DNA of 63,988 nucleotides, counting the filler, from Octopus bimaculoides (lineage: Eukaryota): the NCBI RefSeq assembly GCF_001194135.2. It is 7 parts of 4 records of this genome, joined end to end, with 100 filler letters (N's around TTAATTAATTAA, not from the genome) between each part and the next. Parts side by side here need not be neighbours in the genome. Positions count along the whole stretch, not along the records: positions 50,719 to 57,796 come from NC_068982.1; positions 57,897 to 62,037 come from NC_068996.1; positions 62,138 to 63,988 come from NC_069008.1; 4 more parts are not named here. One strand, 5' to 3'. Under the pieces are notes generated by a model. The model saw nothing but the letters and a program-made list of their open reading frames with translations, did not search any database and had not been told where the DNA came from. Shown in pieces: positions 51,818 to 63,988 of the stretch; position 1 is the stretch's first letter, and each line of letters starts with the position of its first letter. The position numbers and the translations under genes are program-made.

Positions 51818-51965
51818 TAACATCGAAAAATACCTTAGGAATGAGAACCCAGGTTTGAAATTTGCCCAGGACACCTGATGAAGGCTGGAGGGTGTATCAG
51901 CCGAAACGTTGTGTTAACAACAAACAAGATGAGGACAAATACCCGTCAATTGTAAATAATGTAAG
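51818..51965 (+). mobile_element. SINE family D 3' module appended to the SINE C tail
   Basis: AACATCGAAAAATACCTTAGGAATGAGAACCCAGG...GTAAATAATGTA, matching 16470-16615. Confidence 0.88.
51870..51915 (+). ncRNA. Minimal type I hammerhead ribozyme motif, complete core
   Basis: GACAC-CUGAUGA-A-GGCUG(GAGGGUGUAU)CAGCC-GAAA-CG-UU-GUGUU: 5-bp stem I, 5-bp stem II, palindromic ACGU in place of stem III, GUU cleavage triplet. Confidence 0.75.
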
Positions 51966-54900
51966 CAATCTAAAGAGTAAAAGTAGATATAAAATGCAGA
52001 CAGGCGTATAAAGTTCGCAGTTCATCTTTTTCCAGGGGGTATAGGGGTTGGTCCATACTTCTGTGAATGTATAGGCCCTAAGGTATAATTCCAGGTAAAC
52101 CCCAGGCAGTATTTTGGCAGTATTTTGAATGATGCATTCATGTGGAAGTAATGGATTAAGTGGTCAGTGAGAATGTAGTTGGTCCATATGAGTATATGGA
52201 GTGAGAAAAACATACATGAAGATAGAGAGAAGTGGGTTGTGTATGAGTGGATAGAAGAGAGGGGAGAATGAGAAGAACGAAAAAGAAAGAGAGAAAAGAA
52301 GAAAGAGAGAAAGACAAGAATAGGATAGGTGCGGGAAAATATGAATGAGAGCGAAAGTAAAGTTGTTAAATAAAGAATCAAAAAATAGAAAATAATAGTA
52401 AAAATAAAAAGAATAAAGATAGCGATAAGATGCCAGTAAAATTTTTTGTAAGTGTCGGTTCGGAGTGAGAGGTCAGGCGTTAAGGTAACTGGAGGAGGAA
52501 GGTATTTATGTCTATTAATGAAATAGATGAAATCTAGGATAGGTGTGGTCAGTGGTCAGTAGGGATGGCTAAAAATAGATGCCTAGCATAAGGGAGTATA
52601 TATAGGATAAAACTACAATTAAATGGATAAAGGATACAAATTAAAGAATTAAAATTTAAAAGTTAGAAGTTAAATTAAAAATCAAAAAACATTTAAAAAT
52701 TAAAGAATTAAAGCTAGCTAGCTTGTAAAATACGCTGATAGAGAGGCAAAGGAAAGGTAAAACGTACGTATATTGTAACGACTGTGTATGCATATAGGTG
52801 TTATGTGTGTTGATTTTGCTTGCATTTGAACATATGGTGGAATCTAAAGGTGCGAACGAACTTATGCATGCATGCAGAAAATGCTTATTCTCCTGTCTGT
52901 AAGTAAAAGAATAAAAGAATATATATATGTATATATATATATATATATNNNNNNNNNNNNNNNNNNNNNNNNNNNNNNNNNNNNNNNNNNNNNNNNNNNN
53001 NNNNNNNNNNNNNNNNNNNNNNNNNNNNNNNNNNNNNNNNNNNNNNNNNNNNNNNNNNNNNNNNNNNNNNNNNNNNNNNNNNNNNNNNNNNNNNNNNNNN
53101 NNNNNNNNNNNNNNNNNNNNNNNNNNNNNNNNNNNNNNNNNNNNNNNNNNNNNNNNNNNNNNNNNNNNNNNNNNNNNNNNNNNNNNNNNNNNNNNNNNNN
53201 NNNNNNNNNNNNNNNNNNNNNNNNNNNNNNNNNNNNNNNNNNNNNNNNNNNNNNNNNNNNNNNNNNNNNNNNNNNNNNNNNNNNNNNNNNNNNNNNNNNN
53301 NNNNNNNNNNNNNNNNNNNNNNNNNNNNNNNNNNNNNNNNNNNNNNNNNNNNNNNNNNNNNNNNNNNNNNNNNNNNNNNNNNNNNNNNNNNNNNNNNNNN
53401 NNNNNNNNNNNNNNNNNNNNNNNNNNNNNNNNNNNNNNNNNNNNNNNNNNNNNNNNNNNNNNNNNNNNNNNNNNNNNNNNNNNNNNNNNNNNNNNNNNNN
53501 NNNNATATATATATATATAAAATAAAAGAAGGAAAACGCTCATATTTACATAGTTTTCGTATATTGTGTTTGTTGACCGGTTTCGCCTTCGCTAATCATG
53601 ACATTGAAATTATTGTAATTTCGTATTTTCTGAAAAAGTTCTAAGTCCGTTGAGTGTGGAGAGGTTTGTGAATGAATCATTCAACAAGTAGAAAGATCAC
53701 ACACACGCACAAACGTGCGCGTGGTCGCACTTATATGCACATACATACACAAACATATAGGCGTACACGTATGCTCACACATACACACATATTTACTCAT
53801 ATACATGTACATATACATATATATATATCCAAGACCTACATACTTCAAGCCTGATTATAATTTCCTATTGCTACATCTATCACAGAACAATTTACCAAAA
53901 ACTATATTGAGCCAAAAATGACCCAATTATAGTATTGACTCGCAAGCTGAAACTTCAAGATCACTGCCATCCTTATGATTTTTTGAAGTTTAATTAACAT
54001 GTACTCTACTAAAACAAAATGTTTATTAATTTTTCAGTTTAATGTTAAATAATTTTCAAATATAAAGTGGCATTAAAACAAAAATTAATATACATTTATA
54101 TATATATANNNNNNNNNNNNNNNNNNNNNNNNNNNNNNNNNNNNNNNNNNNNNNNNNNNNNNNNNNNNNNNNNNNNNNNNNNNNNNNNNNNNNNNNNNNN
54201 NNNNNNNNNNNNNNNNNNNNNNNNNNNNNNNNNNNNNNNNNNNNNNNNNNNNNNNNNNNNNNNNNNNNNNNNNNNNNNNNNNNNNNNNNNNNNNNNNNNN
54301 NNNNNNNNNNNNNNNNNNNNNNNNNNNNNNNNNNNNNNNNNNNNNNNNNNNNNNNNNNNNNNNNNNNNNNNNNNNNNNNNNNNNNNNNNNNNNNNNNNNN
54401 NNNNNNNNNNNNNNNNNNNNNNNNNNNNNNNNNNNNNNNNNNNNNNNNNNNNNNNNNNNNNNNNNNNNNNNNNNNNNNNNNNNNNNNNNNNNNNNNNNNN
54501 NNNNNNNNNNNNNNNNNNNNNNNNNNNNNNNNNNNNNNNNNNNNNNNNNNNNNNNNNNNNNNNNNNNNNNNNNNNNNNNNNNNNNNNNNNNNNNNNNNNN
54601 NNNNNNNNNNNNNNNNNNNNNNNNNNNNNNNNNNNNNNNNNNNNNNNNNNNNNNNNNNNNNNNNNNNNNNNNNNNNNNNNNNNNNNNNNNNNNNNNNNNN
54701 NNNNNNNNNNNNNNNNNNNNNNNNNNNNNNNNNNNNNNNNNNNNNNNNNNNNNNNNNNNNNNNNNNNNNNNNNNNNNNNNNNNNNNNNNNNNNNATATAT
54801 ATATATATATATACATATATGTTGGCGTCTCGGTGTTCTTGTGGGTAAAGGCATATGTAGATACCACTACCATCCTGGGCAGGGTTCAATATCATCCACG

Positions 54901-57533
54901 GCCTGCACTAAGGGTCTTACGAAAATTTTTCACTTTTTACACGGCGGTGCATCAGCATGGCCGCAGCTTTAAGCTGAAACTATAAATAAAATTAAATTAA
55001 AAAAAAGATATATATATATATTTATCCTCTTACATTATGCTGTCTCTGCATGGACACCACCGGATGATTAAAACCAGTTGTAGGAAATTAGAATATATTC
55101 AGAGAGATGACAAGAATAATGAATTATATATCATTTTCTATTTTATTTCCTTCTGCCAACAGAAAATAGTCTTCTTCCGGTACGATTGTTCCAGTAATTT
55201 GATGATAATTACACTACGTGGTTTGCGAATAGTTTTGAAATATGAGAGAATTCAAACATAGAGCATAACAGATATAAATTTACAATTTTAATATGGGCAC
55301 ATTTTACATAAATATGATTGAGCGTAGAGGAAATACTACAATGAGCAATTAGAACTTTATTATACACTATTAATAAAATGTTAGGTGAGTATAATATTAT
55401 GGAAATGTACATTCATATTTTCATCTTTCTCAATGTGAACTGATATTTTGTTACCAAAAAACGAATTTTATTAAAATTTGTCTGGAGAGAAGAGATAAGG
55501 TAATTTTATGATTCGTTGGATCAGGAAGTGCCTTGCATTAAGACAAACTAAATGAGAGTAGTTCAATGTAGTAGAAAATAGCATTAAGTGAATGTCTCTT
55601 AGTTAATGATTCATTTGATTTCCACACGGGATTTAACGGATAATGGCATCAAAATAAAACATAAAGGAAAGAAACAAAGTAAAATTGCTACACGTGCTTT
55701 CAAACAGGCTGTTATAAACAATAGCAAAATATTTCACATTCGAATTAACAAGTAGCTACAGGGCTGCATTATAACAATAGCATCAGCAACTACATAAATG
55801 CACATTACAGCCCAAGCATATATTGAGCTCATATGGACTTTAGTTCTTGAGAGGAATGTCTTACTGAACAGTATTTACTTCAGTCTCTCACTATTCTGAG
55901 TTACAGCCTTCCAGTGTTTAGGTTGCTTTTCCTTCTTAATATCAGAGCCAAATATGTAACAATTCCCTCAAAACCTCCGACAAAAATGTCTACAGAACTT
56001 TATTACAACATGATTATTTTATGTGAAAAATAATGCATTAAAACATAACATCTTGTGGCAATATTTATTCTTCTTCGTAGTTGCTATGTTTCTATTACTG
56101 CAGCGATGATTTCTCCTTCAGAAACAGTTTTTTTATGATGTCATAGGTCAAAATGAACACGTTTATGGTGCAGCAGTTTTGAGCGGCTACAAATTTTCGC
56201 CGGCAGTCATAATGAGCTTAACTGCATTCTCTCTTTGCGGATACATACTGCTCGTTCCTAGGTTTTATCAAGTGACGTGAATATGCTTCACTGGAGAGAT
56301 CTAATAATGCCGTAACATGTCTGTTGCTTCCATCAGTTAGCATTGAAAAGAAAATCCACTCTCGTCTGCACCGTCTTTATTTTGCAGATATTTCAATTCA
56401 CTTCTATGAGTATTATTTCCCTTATTTGTTTTACATCTTAGTCCACCCTATAGTGAGTCGGTAAGTACAAACTTTAAAAAAACGATCCCAATTAATTTTT
56501 TTTTTTGAATTCTCAGTATTACATATATAAGCCCCTAACTTACTTGCTTTAAAGATACAAGGCATTCCCCTGATGTACTATTCCGCTGACGGAATTTATC
56601 TGCTGCTTTCTTGACTTTAAATACTCAGTGGCTTTAAATACCCAATACATACCAATCTGTATTTTGAGTTAATTTTTTATTTTTGTAAAACTCATTTTAA
56701 CTGAGTTTATTGGTGTTACTTTCCTTTGCTGATTGTTTTAAGCGTCCTAAATCAATGCTTTCTAATTCACTTTATCATATATGTGGAACCATACTAGTAA
56801 CTTTGTACGTAAGCATACGCATACAAATTGGTACACAATAGTGTTATGTACACACACATTCAGACACATGAATACTATTTACGTATATAACAGAACAATG
56901 CATAGCTGAACCAAGAAACTTTTTCATCAACTACCTTTTTTTTTATAAAAGACCATCATGAAAAAATCTTCGATAATGAATCACTGTTCAATATATAACA
57001 AAGAATTTTAAAGCAGACTTGGAGCAATCCTTCAAGCAATCCTAACATTATCATATTTTGAAATAGCTACTTGCTTCAGCTGCAAATCTGCTGCTTATTA
57101 CAATATTTATATACTTGAGACAGGTGGTTGCTACTCACTACTGCTGACAACATTTCATACATTTTGTTATTGCAGAACTTGTTTTCCTTCTCATCATTTG
57201 AACACGTATGGACACTGCGAAAATTGTAATATAAACTTCAATTAAAAAAATAAAACAAAAGAAAAAAAAAGAGAATTCCAATTAGGAGAATAAAATCATG
57301 CACACACATACGCATAAACACACACAAACACATCGAAATAATTAGTGTGTTTTATAATACTGCTTTTTTTTTTTCGTTTAATTGATCGAGGTTTTGCAAA
57401 TAGATTTTTAACTAGTTCTATTATGAATTGTCAATTGTTTTTCAACTCTTTTCAGGTTTTTGTTTAAACTGTCTACCTTAACTCACACATAGTTTAAAGC
57501 TCCCACTTTGATGTCCATTGTATTTTCTCCATG

Positions 57534-57584
<51 letters not shown>

Positions 57585-57659
57585 AGTAGCATTGAAACAC
57601 TGAGTTCATCGACTGATCCCTTCCCTCAAATTTCAGGCCTTATGCCTGAAGTAGAAAGG

Positions 57660-57698
<39 letters not shown>

Positions 57699-57896
57699 GC
57701 CTTTCAAGCGGATGGACGTGTCTCCCGAAGCTCTGTAAGTTGTTGCCGTTTTTACCCGGAAATCTGTCTTAATTTTTATATATTGTTGTAGCCAAGNNNN
57801 NNNNNNNNNNNNNNNNNNNNNNNNNNNNNNNNNNNNNNNNTTAATTAATTAANNNNNNNNNNNNNNNNNNNNNNNNNNNNNNNNNNNNNNNNNNNN

Positions 57897-57974
<78 letters not shown>

Positions 57975-57979
<5 letters not shown>

Positions 57980-59620
57980 GGATGGAAAATTAAGATATTA
58001 GCTGAAGCCCCCACAAATTATTAAATTTGAGTGGGGTAAGCCAGCGGTACTTGTGCCACATGAAATCATCGAGACATACCCCTTAAGAAGAAATATCAGG
58101 CTAAGGATATCGCGTGTTCTACCTGGCGTGAACATCTGGTGGATCATGGCCTGCGTGGTGTTAAAGAATCCAGAGACATTCCTAGAGGTAAAAAGAAGCG
58201 GGATAAACACAGAGCTCCTGTTTCATAAGAAATCCGAAAACAGAAAGAATTCCGGACGTTCTGCCTAACGGGGTCAAACTACATGCTCTTGTAGAAGGCA
58301 AAAAGCCTAAATGCGGTATTCATGGAACCACAAGTCACCATAGAATCTTCTTTCCAAACGAAGCCACCCCTACTATCGACACCACACCCTCATTGACAAC
58401 AACAACAAAAGACAATTTTATCATATTTGCAACCTCATCTTAAACAACAACTACTGAAACAGCTGGAACACCAAAATTACCGTCAACTGGAACAACAACA
58501 GCAACACCAGCAATTACACCAGTAGCTGCGAAACAAATTGTTGTTGTTATTGTTGTTGGCACTCCGTCGCTTACGACGTCGAGGGTTCCAGTTGATCCGA
58601 TCAACGGAACAGCCTGCTCGTGAGATTAACGTGCAAGTGGCTGAGCACTCCACAGTCACGTGTACCCTTAACGTAGTTCTCAGGGATATTCAGAGTGACA
58701 CAGTGTGACACGGATGATCCTTTGAATTACAGGCACAACAGAAACAGGAAGTATGAGTGAGAGAAAGTTGTGGTGAAAGAGTACAGCAAGGTTCGCCACC
58801 GTCCCCTGCCGAGCCTCGTGGAGCTTTGGATGTTTTCGCTCAATAAACAACCACAACGCCCGGTCTAGAAATCGAAACCGCAGTCCTATGAACGCGAGTC
58901 CGCTGCCGTAACCACTGGGCCATTGCGCCTCCACACGCGAAACAAATAAGACAGCCAGATACAACAACGAAAGCAGATGAAACAAGAACAGCCCCAGAAC
59001 ATCCCAGCATCACCATCAACACCAACATCAACAAGAAAAACAATACAAAGAATCACCCAGGGCATCTCTCCAACAATCTTATTTTGTCCCCTTCTCTCGA
59101 ACACACAGTCACTTGCAGAGGCTCACACAAACACAAATATTCTCACAGCCCGAAACAGATTACACTGACACTAGTTCCTCAACATCCCGAAGTAAGGACG
59201 AAGAAGAACTGTCAAAGCCCAAGAAACAAAAAAGAAACACAAAAACAAACGCCGGATCTTATACCAACAGATATACCAGAAAACGTAAGAAATATTATCA
59301 CAACAAGCACAGACGCATCAAATAACAAAACCATCCCCGCTAGTTCCCCAGCCGTCAACACAACCACTGCTACCCCAACCAACACCACCAATACTATCAC
59401 AACTTCACAGCGCCTCGAAAAGAAAGCTCAGACAACAACACTCGACCATGCAGACACAAAATTTCGTGCCGGTAAGGAGAGCCAACCATAAATTGATGAC
59501 CATCGTAGCACGATATAGAGACACCAGTATGTTTAAAGTGAGAATGCCAGGACATTCAAATGCAAGAGCATTAGGGAGGTTTTCACCTACGACAATGGAA
59601 CCCCGAGTGCAAATGTCTTG
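57975..59620 (+). mobile_element. Probable LINE ORF1 remnant (gag-like knuckle relic, Thr/Pro-rich), interrupted by SINE B
   Basis: KPKCGIHGTTSHHRIFFP fits degenerate CX2CX4HX4C spacing; lies upstream of the Tx1-like ORF2 remnant; begins after (ATT)n. Confidence 0.45.
58539..58936 (-). mobile_element. SINE family B, full length, 11-bp TSD
   Basis: TSD GCGAAACAAAT at 58528-58538 and 58937-58947. Confidence 0.93.
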
Positions 59621-59639
59621 AGCTGACATTTTTGAACCT

Positions 59640-60681
59640 AGAGGTCAGGCCACCTGGCCATGGACAGAGAGAAAGTTCTCCTTGAAAGGTCGGGGGAGGT
59701 GGCGAATGCGTACATCGCTTCTGTCATCCACTATCGCCTAACCGTCCTCCCTTTGGAAGGGACTTGTTCCAATCGTCAGACGGTCTGTCTGTTACGAGCA
59801 ACTGCTGAATGGAGCGCTAATGATGCACATGCGTGTGCCTAGGCTGCGCCACCTCCAGCTTTTCCTTAACAGTAAACAGATGTGGTTTCCGTTTGTCAAA
59901 CAAGATTCTTCGCAGCTCGTTTCATTGACGGAGCTACAGTCTTGGATCAAGCGTAGGCCAAGAAGGAGCGCTCGACACTTAGAGTGTCAGCAAGCGCTCA
60001 CAGCCCCCAGTCAGTTGGGCAATGCGGTCGATGGAAGTTCCACCTTGGATTTCTATAGGAGATTAGTGGCAGGCAACTGCTATGACGTCCCCGAAGATCT
60101 CCCAGCGTCGGGAGAGATCGATTGGCTAAACTTTTCAGGAGACTTTCGGACCGGGGTCTATGGATAATTTCCAGATATCCCTGGCTTGGTAGTGTTACCA
60201 GGGTTGAGAGCTCAACCGTTTCACAACAATATCTACAGGCACGGAAATATTGTTAGACGAACCTGGCCGAGATGTGGTGAGGGCGATGAAACCGTTCTGC
60301 ATGCACTGTTCCAGTGTCCGAGCATTGCTCGCTTGTAGAGATTTATCGAACAGTTGTTGACGCGTGCAGGATGGATCCAGTTATCGGCCTAGCTCATCTT
60401 GAAGATCGCCTCGCCACCTTTTTTTTTGTTAGGGAAGAGCAAGCAGTTTTCCTCTGTCTAGTGACTATGGCGAAAGAAGCAGTGCGGTGGACGAGATTGA
60501 AAAGAAAGAAGACAGACACTTCCCTATTCGGCCAAACTCTCGTCGACTTTTTCAAGTTCCACAAGAAGAGGAAAGTGAACGTGGAGAGGGAAGTGCTGCC
60601 CCCAGTAATTGTGTCGAAAGGTGGGTGAATGTGGCGAGGATGACCCGTGTGAATGGGCCTTCTCACAACATGCGCCTGTAG
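59640..60681 (+). mobile_element. Tx1/L1-clade LINE ORF2 C-terminal remnant (diverged relative of 39888-41020)
   Basis: WTERKFSLKGRGEVANAYIASVIHYRLTVLP...ELQSWIKRRP...MDNFQISLAW...PRCGEGDETVLHALFQCP (CCHC zinc knuckle) ...RWVNVARMTRVNGPSHNMRL*. Confidence 0.87.
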
Positions 60682-61005
60682 GCCGGAGGAANNNNNNNNN
60701 NNNNNNNNNNNNNNNNNNNNNNNNNNNNNNNNNNNNNNNNNNNNNNNNNNNNNNNNNNNNNNNNNNNNNNNNNNNNNNNNNNNNNNNNNNNNNNNNNNNN
60801 NNNNNNNNNNNNNNNNNNNNNNNNNNNNNNNNNNNNNNNNNNNNNNNNNNNNNNNNNNNNNNNNNNNNNNNNNNNNNNNNNNNNNNNNNNNNNNNNNNNN
60901 NNNNNNNNNNNNNNNNNNNNNNNNNNNNNNNNNNNNNNNNNNNNNNNNNNNNNNNNNNNNNNNNNNNNNNNNNNNNNNNNNNNNNNNNNNNNNNNNNNNN
61001 NNNNN

Positions 61006-61080
<75 letters not shown>

Positions 61081-61564
61081 TGAATAAAACTGCCGACATC
61101 ACAATAACATCACCCTACCTAACTCCGCTCCACCGTCACTACACCAACCCAAACATCATCCACAACCGGCACTACCACCATCTCGTCACAACCTACTCTA
61201 GTATTTTTGGAAAGGCTAAAATGGAAGTTTTAGCTAGTGGCCATCAAAAATATATCATACCGAAAATATGAATGTGGTCAGTGTACATATATGTATGTAC
61301 GTGTAGATAAGTGCATGTGTGTGTGTGTGAGTCGGGAGGGAGGGAGCTAGTATGTGTGAGTGTGTGTGTCGTGTAGATGTGTGTGTATGCGTGTGTGTGT
61401 GTGTGCGTGTGCGTGGTCAAACTTAGTGCCAGCATTAAACTGATGGAAGATGACAGCAGTTGTCTGTCATGTGACAGTTTCCTACACCATACATACACAT
61501 ATACACAAAAACTGTCTCTGCCTCTCTCACACCATACATATCTCTCTCTGCCTATCTCTCTCTC

Positions 61565-61599
<35 letters not shown>

Positions 61600-61796
61600 T
61601 ACACACACATAAACACACACAGACATATACAAGCACATACATTCAGAAACATACAAACACGATAGGAAAACGTCTTTTCAGAACACAAGTGCATCAACGC
61701 TCAAGCGTGACTATGAACACTGTTTATTGGAGAAATACAAGCAATGTGTGTATGTAAAAATGTATATAATAGCACGTGCGCGTGCGCGCGCACACA

Positions 61797-61833
<37 letters not shown>

Positions 61834-61908
61834 AAAAAGATTCATTTGGGAGTATATGAACATGATTGTGCACACAGACGAATGTATGCGTAAATATGGT
61901 GTGTGGGT

Positions 61909-61955
<47 letters not shown>

Positions 61956-61968
61956 TATGTAGCTACAC

Positions 61969-62006
<38 letters not shown>

Positions 62007-62137
62007 CATACATATACATACACGAACACACACACACNNNNNNNNNNNNNNNNNNNNNNNNNNNNNNNNNNNNNNNNNNNNTTAATTAATTAANNNNNNN
62101 NNNNNNNNNNNNNNNNNNNNNNNNNNNNNNNNNNNNN

Positions 62138-62172
<35 letters not shown>

Positions 62173-62600
62173 CATATATATATATATGAAAATGTATTAT
62201 ATAGACATTATGAATGCATACTTCATACTTGTATACATGAATGTCAAAGACTGTTGATATAACAGATAACTGTGTTTGTGTCAATATTAATTTGTGTTTA
62301 AAATTATTTTGTTTACACACGCACATACATGTATACATAAATTATATAAATACGCGCGCACACACATACACACCTCCATACACACACGCGCGCGAATATA
62401 CATACACGCGAATATACATACACGCACAGTAGAGTGAGAGAAGTAGAGAATGCGTGTGAAATGAAGAGTTGTGTTACAAGAAATCAGATACACTGTAGAG
62501 GTTATATGTTGCCCTGTCTAACATTATTTTATGATATATTTTCACATTTATATTTTCTGTATATAATTAGATGGGGATGACCTGTTCGGTATTATTTGAT

Positions 62601-62662
<62 letters not shown>

Positions 62663-62855
62663 TAAATCCGCGCGAACAGAGGCAATTATTGAAGAGGCCT
62701 GGAGGAGTTGAAGGTACAATTTTCATTTCATTGCAGTTTCATTGCACGAATTTTCGCAATGTATGCATTCCATGGGCATTATATATGTATATATGTTTAT
62801 ATGTGCATGTCTATGTATGTATGTATGTATGTATGTATGTATGTATGTATGTATG

Positions 62856-62907
<52 letters not shown>

Positions 62908-63819
62908 CATCTAGCCAGCTAGCTATTTTTCTGTAGGCCTATTTGCCTAACTATCTATCTATTTATCTATCTATCTGTCTGCCTGTCTCTCTGTAACGAA
63001 TAGTTTTGTAGATTCTTAGCCGAAATTCAAATCTTTGGATAGTATTTGTACGAGTCCCTTCCTGTTATTCTCGGCTTTTGCACTAACAAGTTTATGAATT
63101 AAGTGTCGCATATGAATAACTTCCTTTTTTTTTTATTTACCACTTCGGGTCAAGGCAAATAAGAGACAGAAAATCGTTCGTTTAGCCTGGCCTAATTTAT
63201 TTAGAAAAAAAATATAAATACGGAACCCAAATTCGGTGCTACCTTCATTCGCTTTGGCGCCAATGGAAGAAGCACCACAAGGGACTACAAAACTTTCTCT
63301 TCACTAATTGTCTAAATTCTCTTACTCTTTTACTCTCCTTCTATCACCCTTTCTTCTAGCAATCAACGAAAAACGACCTCAACTACCTAGAGAGTGGATA
63401 ACAGAAGCATAACAGAACAACTCGAAGAAGCTGCACCAGACATAGTAACGATAAAATATGGAACTGTTTCAACAAATACCTTTCTTCATCTCATTTATAT
63501 TTNNNNNNNNNNNNNNNNNNNNNNNNNNNNNNNNNNNNNNNNNNNNNNNNNNNNNNNNNNNNNNNNNNNNNNNNNNNNNNNNNNNNNNNNNNNNNNNNNN
63601 NNGTGTGTGTGTGTATATAATCTATAAATAGAAATATTTACATATAGGCATATCTTTCTAATTTATACATGCAAAGTTGTAAATATACACATACGCTCCA
63701 CGTTTTACTAACATAAAGCAGAATGGTGGGCGAGGGTTGTGAATGGCAAAGTTAGTGTGCACCTTCAGGTAACTGTTTTAGGCCAGCTACTCATTGTCGG
63801 CCTGGAGGGAGTGATTATG

Positions 63820-63900
63820 AGGCGATAGTGCTGGTCTGGGAACCGAAATCACGATCGCTAGATCGCGAGTGCAACACCCTAAACACTAAGCCACGCGCCC
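63820..63900 (-). mobile_element. SINE family B-like tRNA head fragment
   Basis: Reverse complement GGGCGCGTGGCTTAGTGTTTAGGGTGTTGCACTCGCGATCTAGCGATCGTGATTTCGGTTCCCAGACC. Confidence 0.65.
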
Positions 63901-63924
63901 TCACACACATACACACACACACAC

Positions 63925-63988
<64 letters not shown>

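Noticed and set aside
52020-52650. 119-aa minus-strand ORF or possible retroelement tail
   Set aside because: Largely a CT-rich low-complexity translation, with no motif I can assign.
56446-56460. 15-nt match to the reverse complement of the T7 promoter (CCCTATAGTGAGTCG)
   Set aside because: The match stops before TATTA, has no vector flanks and sits in ordinary genomic context; most likely chance.

Overview
Repeat-saturated, AT-rich eukaryotic DNA from a gappy draft assembly. The repeat families and extreme microsatellite load point to a coleoid cephalopod, most likely Octopus (inference, not database-checked). The window is not one contiguous locus: six identical 100-bp spacers (44 N + TTAATTAATTAA + 44 N) join at least seven separately assembled segments. 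No complete host gene is supportable, and almost all long ORFs in the track are microsatellite or N-gap artefacts. Recognisable content: at least four tRNA-headed SINE families (called A-D here); remnants of RTE, Tx1/L1-clade, R4/Dong and Penelope-like (GIY-YIG) retroelements; Helitron, mariner and DD41D (rosa-like) transposase fragments; hAT- and piggyBac-type MITEs; and degenerate 28S rRNA fragments. Highlight 1: SINE family D has a tRNA-like Pol III head and a 3' tail containing a minimal type I hammerhead-ribozyme motif of the Penelope type. There are three copies, one with a complete core at 51870-51915 and two joined head-to-head in a ~500-bp palindrome. Highlight 2: a foldback-like structure whose inverted arms carry about 20 TTCNNNGAA (STAT/GAS-type) motifs and enclose rearranged 28S rRNA pieces. 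Highlight 3: a Penelope-like remnant with two tandem GIY-YIG domains.
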